A DNA stretch of 64,000 nt from Mycobacteriales bacterium (lineage in GTDB: Bacteria; Actinomycetota; Actinomycetes; Mycobacteriales; QHCA01). Location of the stretch: assembly GCA_038276285.1 (NCBI GenBank), contig JBBPZR010000119.1:6943-70942 (forward strand), written 5' to 3'. Shown here one piece after another: positions 10,105 through 18,703 of the stretch. Within the stretch, counting starts at the first letter, position 1, and each line of letters begins with the position of its first letter. Position numbers and translations under genes: made by a program. Under the pieces are notes generated by a model. It had not been told where the DNA came from. It searched no databases and was given only the letters and a program-made list of their open reading frames with translations.

Positions 10105-10190
10105 CCGAGCGTTTTCCGGGAAAACGCGGCTTCCCGGCGCCGTGAGACGACGATTTCCCGGAAAGCGCTCAAGTGGGTTGGGCGGTGGCA
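10105..10190 (+). repeat. ~85-bp element, copy A, carrying two palindromes (10109-10127 GCGTTTTCCGGGAAAACGC; 10151-10167 CGATTTCCCGGAAAGCG)
   Basis: Roughly 70-75% identity by eye to 26883-26970 in the same orientation. Palindrome centres are ~41 bp apart. The second palindrome ends 122 nt before the lipoprotein start codon. Confidence 0.8.
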
Positions 10191-10288
10191 ATGCCAAGTC
10201 GGGTGCGTCAACCGGATCGGTGTCTCGCGCGTCCTTCTCCATTGAGTGGCGGACAACGGTGTCGGCCCCATCCCCAGGAGCGCCTCAG

Positions 10289-10915
10289 ATGAGACTGTCC
10301 CGGCAGTTGGTTTCACTGTCCATGCTGGCCACGCTCGCGCTGGCCGGCTGCGCAACTAGGGCACATCCCGCGACCCCCGCTGGCCAGCCGGCAGGCAGCG
10401 CATCGCCGTCGGGCACCGCGCCCGCGACTCCCAGCACGCAGCCGACCGGGGCGGTCACGCAGACCTCCTCCTGGTCGACGCTGCCCAAGACCGGCGGACC
10501 GACCGGGCCCGGCTTCCCGGCTGCCGTGCTCCGGAGCATCCGGACCAGCCACTCGTCGTCGTACGACCGGGTCGTGTTCGAGTTCAGCGGCAAGCTCCCC
10601 GGCTACCGGGTGGACTACCGCTCCGCCATCACCGAGGACGCCTCTGACCGGCCGGTACCACTCGCCGGGCATGCCTTCCTCAACATCGCGATGCAGGGCG
10701 CCACCTTGGACAACGCGTTCCAGGGCGGCCATGAGCGCTACACCGGGCCGACCAGGATCACCCCGTCGTACGGCCAATTGCGCGAGATAGCCTCCAGCGG
10801 CGACTTCGAGGCCGTACTCAGCTTCGGTCTCGGGCTGGACCACCGCGCGGGCTTCCGGGTCCTCACCCTGTCGCAGCCGAGCCGCATCGTCGTGGACATC
10901 GCCACCGGCAGTTAG
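10289..10915 (+). CDS. Secreted lipoprotein, function unknown
   Basis: ATG 10289 follows CCAGGAG. Signal peptide with lipobox LALAGC, then a Pro/Ser/Thr-rich linker and a globular domain. Confidence 0.8.
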   Translation: MRLSRQLVSLSMLATLALAGCATRAHPATPAGQPAGSASPSGTAPATPSTQPTGAVTQTSSWSTLPKTGGPTGPGFPAAVLRSIRTSHSSSYDRVVFEFSGKLPGYRVDYRSAITEDASDRPVPLAGHAFLNIAMQGATLDNAFQGGHERYTGPTRITPSYGQLREIASSGDFEAVLSFGLGLDHRAGFRVLTLSQPSRIVVDIATGS

Positions 10916-13014
10916 CCGAGAGCTCGCCGCAGGAATTCGACCTGGAGCAGGAGCAGGTTCTCGGCGACGACCTCGTGCGGCGTCATGTGGGTTACCCCCG
11001 ACAGCGGCAGAACGGTGTGCGCTTTCCCCGCGGCGAGCAGTGCCGATGACAGCCGCAGCGAGTGCGCCACCACCACGTTGTCGTCCGACAGGCCGTGGAT
11101 GATCATGAGCTCCCCGCGCAGGCCGGCCGCGTCGCCGAGGAGCGACGACCGCTGGTACGCCGCGCCGCTCACGTCGGTGCCGAGATACCGCTCGGTGTAG
11201 AAGGTGTCGTACAACGCCCAGTCGGTGACCGGCGCACCGGCGATAGCCGCATGGAACACGTCGGGCCGGCGCAGGATGGCCGCGGCTGCGAGGTAGCCGC
11301 CGAAGGACCAGCCACGGATCGCCACCCGCGTCAGGTCCAGGTCGGGATACTCCACGGCCGCGGCGTGCAGCGCGTCGACCTGGTCCTGAAGCGGCGCGCT
11401 GCACAGGTCGCCGGCGACGGCCCGCTCCCACTCGGTGCCGCGACCGGGCGTGCCCCGGCCGTCGGCGACCACCACAGCGAAGCCCTGGTCGGCCAGCCAC
11501 TGTGGCTCGAGCCACAGATTGCGGGCGCCGAGGACCTCCTGATGCTGCGGCCCGCCGTACGGGTCCAGCAGCACCGGCAACCGCTCGCCCCGCCGGTGCT
11601 CCCGCGGCAGCACGACACCGGTGCGGATGCGCCGCTCGCCGGCCCATACCAACGCGACCTCGGGCGTCAGTGGCGGCTCGTCGGCGTACGACCGGATCTC
11701 GTGCCGCGCCGGCCCGCACTCGACGGTGAAACCCATGCCGAAGTGCTCCATATCCGCGTGCCCGCGCACGGTGGTATCCGGGCCGCCGACGGCGACCGTC
11801 GTGACGCCGCTGTCGCTGAGCGGCAGCACGTCGCGGTCCCAGGTGACGAGGTAGATCAGGATCTCGGCCGGGTCCTCGGCCGACGCCGACACGACGACAC
11901 CGCGCTCGAAGACATCGAGCACCTCGCGGATGTGCAGCAGAGGCGGTGTCACCACCTCGCCGTCGATGGACACCCGCCGTACCCCGTCCCGGTCGACGGT
12001 CCCGACCAGCCGGGAATCCGGCCCCCAGGCCGGGACGCCGGGGATCACCTCCACCCAGTGCTCGTCGGTCTCCTCGTGCACCAGGCTGGTCGCGCCGGTG
12101 TGCGAGTTGACGGCCAGCACCCGCAGCGCGCGCTGGTCGCGGGTCATCACGGTCACCAGCGGCGGGCCAGCGGCGCTCCAGTGCGCGGTGATGAGGTACG
12201 GGAAGCGCTCGCGGGGCCACTCGACGTCGACCCGGCCGCCGTCGAGGGTCAGCACCGCCAGGCGGACGTCGGCGTTCGCGGTGCCGGCCCGCGGGTACGC
12301 GACCTCGACGGCGGGCGCGGCCGGGTCGGCCGGGTCGGCCACGTGCCAACGCTGTACGGCTGCCTCGTCGACCCGGGCCGCGAGCAGGGCGGTGGAATCG
12401 GGCGACCACCAGTAGCCGCGAAATCGCCCCATCTCCTCGGCGGCGAGAAACTCGGTGAGCCCCCAGGTGACCCCGTCCTCGGCCGCCAGGACACGGTCGG
12501 CGCCTCCGGCGTCCACGGCCTGCAGCGCCCCGTCGGCGACGTAGGCGATCCAGCGCCCGTCCGGCGAGGGGCGCGGGTCGGCGACCGGCCCAGTTACGGC
12601 CACCTCGGCGACCCCACCTGAGGCATTGTCGGCGGCATTGTTGGCAGCGAGGTCGCTGAGGTCGGCGCGGAACAGCCGGCCGGAGAGCGCGAACGCGGCG
12701 ACCAGCCCCGTGCCGTCCAGCGCGTACGCGACGATGCCGCCGCCGCTCTCGCGCCGCCGCTCCCTGCGGGCCCGCTCGTCTGCTGACAGGGACTCCTCCC
12801 CGCCCCCGAGCAGGTGGGCCGGATCGGCGACCAGGGTCTCGTCTCCCGAGGTCGCGTCGAGCCGCCAGAGGCAGTTCACCCGATCGGTGCCACCGCGCGA
12901 TCGCAGGAACAACACCCGGGAGCCGTCGGGAGACACGCGTATCGCGCGGGGCCGGCCGCGGGTGAAGTTCTGGGTGCGGGCGGCCAGCCGCGGAAAGGAG
13001 GTTTCGGAAGCCAT
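10912..13014 (-). CDS. S9 family serine peptidase (dipeptidyl aminopeptidase / acylaminoacyl peptidase-like)
   Basis: 701 aa from ATG 13014. N-terminal beta-propeller-like region. C-terminal alpha/beta hydrolase domain with GWSFGGY nucleophile elbow, HGLSDDNV and GVTHM. Confidence 0.88.
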   Translation of the reverse strand: MASETSFPRLAARTQNFTRGRPRAIRVSPDGSRVLFLRSRGGTDRVNCLWRLDATSGDETLVADPAHLLGGGEESLSADERARRERRRESGGGIVAYALDGTGLVAAFALSGRLFRADLSDLAANNAADNASGGVAEVAVTGPVADPRPSPDGRWIAYVADGALQAVDAGGADRVLAAEDGVTWGLTEFLAAEEMGRFRGYWWSPDSTALLAARVDEAAVQRWHVADPADPAAPAVEVAYPRAGTANADVRLAVLTLDGGRVDVEWPRERFPYLITAHWSAAGPPLVTVMTRDQRALRVLAVNSHTGATSLVHEETDEHWVEVIPGVPAWGPDSRLVGTVDRDGVRRVSIDGEVVTPPLLHIREVLDVFERGVVVSASAEDPAEILIYLVTWDRDVLPLSDSGVTTVAVGGPDTTVRGHADMEHFGMGFTVECGPARHEIRSYADEPPLTPEVALVWAGERRIRTGVVLPREHRRGERLPVLLDPYGGPQHQEVLGARNLWLEPQWLADQGFAVVVADGRGTPGRGTEWERAVAGDLCSAPLQDQVDALHAAAVEYPDLDLTRVAIRGWSFGGYLAAAAILRRPDVFHAAIAGAPVTDWALYDTFYTERYLGTDVSGAAYQRSSLLGDAAGLRGELMIIHGLSDDNVVVAHSLRLSSALLAAGKAHTVLPLSGVTHMTPHEVVAENLLLLQVEFLRRALG

Positions 13015-13063
13015 GCAGGGCATCCTCGCAGGGGCGCCTCCGCGCGCCGTAGGGTCGCAGAGC

Positions 13064-14008
13064 ATGACGACGATCGAACCGGGTGACAGCGCGGCGCGTC
13101 GTGATATCGACATGGAGCCGCTGGACCACTCCCGGCGACTGCTTCTGGTGCACGCCCACCCCGACGACGAGTGCATCACCACCGGCGCCAGCATGGCGAA
13201 GTACGCGGCAGAGGGCGCCCTGGTCACCCTGGTGACCTGCACCCTCGGCGAGGAGGGCGAGATCCTCGTGCCGGAGCTGGAGTCCCTGGCCGCTCATCGC
13301 GACGACGCCCTGGGCCAGCACCGGATCGAGGAGCTGGCCGCCGCCATGGAGGCGCTGCGGGTGAGCGACCACCGTTTCCTCGGCGGGCCGGGGCGGTGGC
13401 GCGACAGCGGCATGATGGGGCTGCCGACCAACGACCGGGAGGGTTGCTTCTGGCAGGCGGATGTCGATGAAGCAGCCGAGGCGATCGTACGGATCATCCG
13501 GGAGGTGCGGCCCCAGGTGGTCGTGACCTACGACGAGAACGGTGGCTACGGACACCCCGACCACATCCAGGCCCACCGGGTCACGATGACCGCTGTCGAA
13601 GCGGCCGGGAAACCCGACTATGTGCCGCTTGCGGGGGAGCCTTGGGAGGTGGCCAAGGTCTACTGGGCCGCCCTGCCCAACTCGTTCCTGCAGGCCGGCA
13701 TCGACGCCTTGCGGGGCAGCGAGAACAACTTCTTCGAGGGGGTTGAGCGGGCCGAAGACCTGCCCTTCGGGGTCCCCGACGACCAGGTCACGACGCAGAT
13801 CGACGCCACCGCCTATCTCGACGCGAAGATGGCCGCGATGCGGGCGCACGCCAGCCAGATCAGCGTCGACGGGCCGTTCTTCGCTCTGTCCAACAACGTC
13901 GGACGCCAGGCGATGGGCCTCGAGCACTACATCCTGGCGCGGGGGACTCGCAGCGGCAGCGTCGGGCCGCATGGCTGGGAGACCGACCTGTTCGCGGGAA
14001 TCGGGTGA
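13064..14008 (+). CDS. mshB: N-acetyl-1-D-myo-inositol-2-amino-2-deoxy-alpha-D-glucopyranoside deacetylase (mycothiol biosynthesis)
   Basis: LmbE/PIG-L signature [11 protein letters not shown] plus the MshB-type [10 protein letters not shown]. Alternative start at ATG 13112. Confidence 0.85.
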   Translation: MTTIEPGDSAARRDIDMEPLDHSRRLLLVHAHPDDECITTGASMAKYAAEGALVTLVTCTLGEEGEILVPELESLAAHRDDALGQHRIEELAAAMEALRVSDHRFLGGPGRWRDSGMMGLPTNDREGCFWQADVDEAAEAIVRIIREVRPQVVVTYDENGGYGHPDHIQAHRVTMTAVEAAGKPDYVPLAGEPWEVAKVYWAALPNSFLQAGIDALRGSENNFFEGVERAEDLPFGVPDDQVTTQIDATAYLDAKMAAMRAHASQISVDGPFFALSNNVGRQAMGLEHYILARGTRSGSVGPHGWETDLFAGIG

Positions 14009-14119
14009 ACTGAATACGCCGATCGGGTGGTTCACCCTCGGTTACCCGGCCGTACGGGCGGGGCGGGGCGAAGATGAGGTGGGACGCGGGGGGTCCGGCG
14101 TACCGACCTGGAGGTCGCC

Positions 14120-16033
14120 ATGCCGGCACAGAGCTCACCAAGCACCGCAATAGCCTCGCTGTCGGGCACCGCGGTCATCGCCGCCGGCGCGGTCGATGTG
14201 GGCGCCATGCGCGAGTCGCGACGACGACGCCGGTTATGGCTGCTCGCCGCCGAGATGGTCCTTCCGGCCGCCTATCTGTGGTGGCGGGTGGCCGACGGGC
14301 GGCCCTTCAACGTCTTCGCCTTCCCGAACATCGACTGGGTCGTGGTCACCCCGGTCCTGTTCTTCGTCGCGCTGGTGGTCTTCGCGGTTGTCTACTACGC
14401 CGTGAGCGGGCGCTCGCCCGGCATCGTCTACCGTCCCGAGCAGATCGACGTCCGACTGTCCGATGTCGTGGGCATCGATGTCGTCAAGGAAGAGGTCATC
14501 CGCTCGCTCAATCTGTTCCTCACGCACAAGACCTACGCGGCCGAGACCGGCGGCCGGGCGCGCCGCGGCCTGCTCTTCGAGGGGCCACCGGGCACCGGCA
14601 AGACCTACACCGCCAAAGCGATTGCCGCGGAGGCCGGCGTGCCGTTTCTGTTCGCCACCGCGACCTCGTTCCAGTCGTCGTTCTACGGCGCCACCGCTCG
14701 CAAGATCCGTACGTACTTCAAGCAGCTGCGCGCCATCGCCCAGCGCGAGGGTGGCGCCATCGGGTTCATCGACGAGTTCGATGCGATCGCGGGCACCCGG
14801 CGCGGCCTGGAATTCTCGGCGCTGCCGCCGGAACTGACCGGTTGCCAGAGCATGTCGACGCTGCCGTCCACGTACGCGCTGCCCGCGCTTCAGCGCAGCG
14901 AGTTCGGCACCTCTGATCTGGCCGGCCCGGTCGTCAACGAGCTACTCGTGCAGATGCAGTCGTTCGACCAGCCGACGGGGGCGCAACGGCTGGTCGGTGT
15001 CGCGGCGGACAAGCTGAACCTGTTCCTGCCGCCGCATCGCCAGCTGCCCAAGCCCAAGATCACCCCGGCCAACATCATGCTGATCGCGTCCACCAACCGC
15101 GCCGACGGGCTCGACCCCGCCCTTCTGCGGCCGGGCCGCTTCGACCGCAAGCTGTCGTTCGAGACACCGGACCGGAGCGGCCGCCGGGCCCTGGTCGACC
15201 ACTTCCTGGCCCGCAAGTCGCACAGCCCCGAGCTCGATGCCGCCGAGCAGCGCGACGTCCTGGCGGGGCTCACGCAGGGCTACTCGCCGGCAATGATGGA
15301 GCACCTCTTCGACGAGGCGCTCATCAACGCGGTACGCCGCGACGAGCGCGCGATGAACTGGCAGGACATCGCACAGGCCCGGCTGTCCGAGGAGATCGGG
15401 CTGGGTCAGCCCGTCGGCTACACCGCACACGAGAAGCGCCTCATCGCCACCCACGAGTCCGGGCACGCGACCGCCGCCTGGCTGGTAGCCCCGGAGCGCC
15501 GGCTCGAGGTCTTGTCCATCATCAAGCGCAAGGACGCGCTGGGCATGCTGGCCCATGGCGACAAGGACGACGTTTTCACCCGGTCGCGCTCGGAGATGCT
15601 GGCCCTGATCCAGATCGCCATGGCCGGCCAGTGCGCCGAGGAGATCTTCGTCGGCGACATCTCCACGGGCCCGGGTGGGGACCTGTTGTACGCGACGAAC
15701 GTCGCCGCCCAGATGGTCGGGGCCTGCGGCATGACCGGCTCATTGATCTCGTACGCCGCCGTGCAGAGCTCCTCCTTCAACGACCACAACCTGGTTGGCC
15801 GGGTGCTCGCGGACAGTCAGGGCCGCACAGCCGTCGAAGCACTCCTGCAGGAGCAGAAGCTGATCGTGCGAGTACTCATCGAGGAGCACAAGCATCTGGT
15901 CGAGGCGTTGCGCGATGCGCTCCTCGACCGACATGAGCTCGTCGGCTCGGAGATCACCGACGTCCTCGAGGGCGCGACCGCGCGGCCGGATGTCGTCGAC
16001 CTGAGAAAGCAGCCCGATACCCTGCCTCGGTGA
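14120..16033 (+). CDS. FtsH-like membrane AAA+ zinc metalloprotease paralog
   Basis: Two N-terminal TM helices, Walker A GPPGTGKT, Walker B FIDEFD, and zinc motif HESGH. ATG is preceded by GGAGG. Confidence 0.85.
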   Translation: MPAQSSPSTAIASLSGTAVIAAGAVDVGAMRESRRRRRLWLLAAEMVLPAAYLWWRVADGRPFNVFAFPNIDWVVVTPVLFFVALVVFAVVYYAVSGRSPGIVYRPEQIDVRLSDVVGIDVVKEEVIRSLNLFLTHKTYAAETGGRARRGLLFEGPPGTGKTYTAKAIAAEAGVPFLFATATSFQSSFYGATARKIRTYFKQLRAIAQREGGAIGFIDEFDAIAGTRRGLEFSALPPELTGCQSMSTLPSTYALPALQRSEFGTSDLAGPVVNELLVQMQSFDQPTGAQRLVGVAADKLNLFLPPHRQLPKPKITPANIMLIASTNRADGLDPALLRPGRFDRKLSFETPDRSGRRALVDHFLARKSHSPELDAAEQRDVLAGLTQGYSPAMMEHLFDEALINAVRRDERAMNWQDIAQARLSEEIGLGQPVGYTAHEKRLIATHESGHATAAWLVAPERRLEVLSIIKRKDALGMLAHGDKDDVFTRSRSEMLALIQIAMAGQCAEEIFVGDISTGPGGDLLYATNVAAQMVGACGMTGSLISYAAVQSSSFNDHNLVGRVLADSQGRTAVEALLQEQKLIVRVLIEEHKHLVEALRDALLDRHELVGSEITDVLEGATARPDVVDLRKQPDTLPR

Positions 16034-16458
16034 ACCGACCGGGTGCCGCTGCGGGCCCACCAGGAACGCCGGGACGACTGATCGGCGGTTTCCTGGTCAT
16101 CGCCGCCACGGCGCTTGTCGCGGCCCTGGAGACGTTCCTGGTCGGGTTGCGGGTCGGCAATCTGCGACTGCCGGTCAGCCTGCTGATTGCGGCCGCGCTG
16201 CATCCCCTGCTGACCCGGCTCATGCGCGACGCCACGGCGAGCAGGGGCGCCATGGTTCTGCCCTTCCTGGTCTGGATCGTGATTGTGTTCCCGTTGGGCG
16301 CCCGGCGGAGTGAGGGTGACGTCATCCTGGCGGGCAACAACTGGATCTCGACGGTGTACCTGATCGTCGGGGTGGGTGCGTTCGCGATCACCCTCGGGCT
16401 GCTGCTGCCCGCACGACGGCGGGTTGGCGGTAACCTCGGCCGTGATGGATCCGCTTAG
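16030..16458 (+). CDS. Integral membrane protein, function unknown
   Basis: GTG start overlaps the upstream stop (GTGA). 142 aa with about 4 hydrophobic helices. Confidence 0.6.
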   Translation: MNRPGAAAGPPGTPGRLIGGFLVIAATALVAALETFLVGLRVGNLRLPVSLLIAAALHPLLTRLMRDATASRGAMVLPFLVWIVIVFPLGARRSEGDVILAGNNWISTVYLIVGVGAFAITLGLLLPARRRVGGNLGRDGSA

Positions 16459-16948
16459 CCAGCCACCCTTCGACGCGGCGGCCTACCGCGATGTGGTGAG
16501 CCGGTTTCCCACCGGGGTGACCGTCGTGTCAGCGCGCTCCCCCAACGGCATCCGGCTCATGACGGCGAATTCGTTCACCTCAGTTTCACTCGAGCCGCTA
16601 CTCGTCCTGGTCTGCGTACTGTTTTCGGCACGGTTCCACCGTGCCATCGTGGCTGCGGGCGAGTGGGGCGTCTCCGTGCTGGCCGCGGACCAGGAGCACC
16701 TGTCCCGGGTCTTCGCCGGCCGGGTCGGGCCGGCCGACCTGGCCACGGTGCCCCACCGCCCCGGCCCGGTGACCGGGGCGCCGCTCCTGGAGGGAGCCGT
16801 GGCCCACTTGGAGTGCCGCACCGTCGCCCAGTACCCCGGCGGCGACCACACCATCCTGATCGGCTCGGTGCTCCATGGAGCGGTTACCCGCGAGAACATC
16901 AGCCCGCTGATCTTCTACCACGGCGGGTACTCCGGCCTGGCCGAGTGA
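16445..16948 (+). CDS. Flavin reductase-like FMN-binding protein
   Basis: ATG 16445. Split-barrel flavin reductase pattern (FRDVVSRFPTGVTVVSA...SFTSVSLEPLLVLVC...LECR...GDHTILIG). Confidence 0.85.
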   Translation: MDPLSQPPFDAAAYRDVVSRFPTGVTVVSARSPNGIRLMTANSFTSVSLEPLLVLVCVLFSARFHRAIVAAGEWGVSVLAADQEHLSRVFAGRVGPADLATVPHRPGPVTGAPLLEGAVAHLECRTVAQYPGGDHTILIGSVLHGAVTRENISPLIFYHGGYSGLAE

Positions 16949-16996
16949 GCCGGCCTGCCTGCCTGCCATGCGACCCCGACACCTCCCGCCTCGTTT

Positions 16997-17052
16997 CAAG
17001 ATCCAGGGAGGATTGGTGTGGCTATGACCGCACTGACTCTCCCTGGATCATG
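16997..17052 (+). repeat. 56-nt hairpin repeat, copy 1 (REP-like palindromic element)
   Basis: Stem arms GATCCAGGGAG-GATTGGTGTGG and CCGCACTGACT-CTCCCTGGATC with loop CTATGA. The inner stem pairs only if G:U is allowed on the + strand. Confidence 0.85.
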
Positions 17053-17091
17053 AGCGGAGCAAGCACGTGGACACTCCCGGCCGTCTCGCTG

Positions 17092-17147
17092 CATGATCCA
17101 GGGAGGATTGGTGTGGCTATCACCGCACTAGCTCTCCCTGGATCATG
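17092..17147 (+). repeat. 56-nt hairpin repeat, copy 2 (tandem with copy 1, 95-bp period)
   Basis: The 69-nt unit (hairpin plus AGCGGAGCRAGCAC tail) repeats after a 26-nt spacer. The GA to AG swap at 17130-17131 preserves pairing with T17108/T17109. Confidence 0.85.
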
Positions 17148-17176
17148 AGCGGAGCGAGCACTGTGAGTGCGCCCGT

Positions 17177-17924
17177 GTGCAGGCGGGGGCGTACGCGGCG
17201 GTCAACGGCCTGCGGATGTACTACGAGGGGCATGGAAGCGGCCGGCCGCTCGTGTTGCTTCACGGGGGCCCTGCTCACGATCGATCTGACCTTCGGGCCG
17301 ATCATCGCGGCACTGGCGGAGCGTCATCAGGTGATCGCGGTCGAGCTCCAGGGACACGGGCACACCGCGAACATCGACCGCGACATGACGATCGACAATC
17401 TGGCCGACGATGTCGTGACGTTGCTCGGTCAACTCGGGATCGACGAGGCGGACTTCTTCGGCTTCAGCCTCGGCGGCCTGATCGGGCTCGCGCTCATCAC
17501 GCCCCATCCGACCCTTGTGCGCAAGCTCGTCGTGGCGTCGGCACCGTTTCGGCCCGACGGCTATCACCCCGATTCGCGACCTGGCTCCGACCGGTTCCAG
17601 ACGGCAGCCGACGGCCAGGAGTGGGAGGACGCGTACCGACGGGTTGCGCCGCATCCCGACCATTTTCCCGAACTTCTGGCCCGGGCGGGAGGGATTGTGT
17701 CGGCAGTCGAGGGCTGGCCGGCCGACGCGCTTCGGGCGATTCGCTCGCCCGTCCTGACCCTGATCGGCGACAGGGACTTCGTGAGCGTCGAACACGCCGA
17801 AATGCTCAAGCTCATCCCTGGCGCTCAGCTGGCGGTGCTCCCTGGTACGACCCACATCGAAGTCACGCGGCGACCGGAGCAGGTGCTGGCCTTGGTCCGA
17901 CCCTTCCTCGACGCCTCGATCTGA
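17177..17924 (+). pseudogene. Alpha/beta hydrolase, disrupted by a frameshift at ~17264-17271
   Basis: The N-terminus (AYAAVNGLRMYYEGHGSGRPLVLLHGG) is in frame 2. The remainder (LLTIDLTFGPIIAALAERHQVIAVELQGHGHT...GFSLGG...) is in frame 0 to TGA 17924. The junction lies in CACGGGGGCCCTG. Confidence 0.75.
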
Positions 17925-17977
17925 ACGGTCGGCGACGACGGCAGCCGAAGCCAACCGAGCGTGACAGCCGGCCCTCG

Positions 17978-18658
17978 ATGGGCCAGCATGGCCAGATGCC
18001 CCGGACCGGGCGCCATGCCGGCGCCACTACAGCGCGGGTTGGCGCTGGCCGATGGTCTGGCGTGGTGGAAGGCTCCGCGACCCCGGGCGTACCAAGGACA
18101 ACTCGCGACGACGACCTGGAGACAGCCCTTCCGCGAGCCATCGACGGTGATCAGGTCGCGTTCGCCGAGGTCTATCGCGCGGTGCAACCCGGACTGCTGC
18201 GCTACCTGAGGGCGCTGGTCGGCCAGGACGCTGATGACGTCGCATCGGAGACATGGCTGCATATCGGCCGCGACATACGCGCCTTCTCCGGGGACACGGA
18301 CGGCTTCCGCGCGTGGGCGGCGACGATCGCCCGCAACCGGGCCATGGACCATCTGCGGCGGCAGCGCCGGCGACCGGTCGAGTCGCTTCCCGGTGGCGTC
18401 CTCCCCGAGGACCTGACCAGCCTGGCCGGTCCCGACGACACCGAGGGCAGCGCCCTGGACGCGCTGGCGACGGCCCGGGCGATCGCGCTGATCGCGACAT
18501 TGCCGCCGGATCAGGCCGAGGCTGTCCTGCTGCGGGTGGTCCTCGGCCTGGATGCGAAGGCCGCCGCTCGGGTGCTCGGCAAGCGGGCCGGTGCCGTCCG
18601 GACCGCGGCCTACCGCGGCCTGCGGTCCCTCGCCCACACGCTGGACGAGACGCACTAG
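17978..18658 (+). CDS. ECF-type RNA polymerase sigma factor
   Basis: Region 2 (DADDVASETWLHIGRDIRAF...FRAWAATIARNRAMDHLRR) and region 4 (LPPDQAEAVLLRVVLGLDAKAAARVLGKRAGAVRTAAYRGLRSL). Start is uncertain (ATG 17978 or 17996, GTG 18062). Confidence 0.85.
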   Translation: MGQHGQMPRTGRHAGATTARVGAGRWSGVVEGSATPGVPRTTRDDDLETALPRAIDGDQVAFAEVYRAVQPGLLRYLRALVGQDADDVASETWLHIGRDIRAFSGDTDGFRAWAATIARNRAMDHLRRQRRRPVESLPGGVLPEDLTSLAGPDDTEGSALDALATARAIALIATLPPDQAEAVLLRVVLGLDAKAAARVLGKRAGAVRTAAYRGLRSLAHTLDETH

Positions 18659-18703
18659 CGGCCTGACTGTGACACTTCTGACGGCATCGACGCTGAGCGG
18701 GGT

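Noticed and set aside
10313-14035. 1240-aa ORF on the minus strand, the longest in the track
   Set aside because: It runs antisense to, or out of frame with, the S9 peptidase and mshB. Its translation is Arg/Gly/Pro/Ala low-complexity with no recognisable domain. This is the usual open antisense frame in ~70% GC DNA.
17255-17285. Programmed ribosomal frameshifting as an explanation for the split hydrolase (and likewise the SDR, peptidase and DUF4190 lesions)
   Set aside because: No slippery heptamer (X XXY YYZ) or downstream stimulatory structure is present at any junction. The affected families have no precedent for recoding.
17177-18658. 493-aa ORF that looks like a hydrolase-sigma fusion protein
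   Set aside because: Only the first ~30 codons (hydrolase N-terminus) and the last ~200 codons (ECF sigma) are real. The middle ~230 codons are the out-of-frame translation of the frameshifted hydrolase (Arg/Gly/Pro-rich). The shared frame is coincidental.
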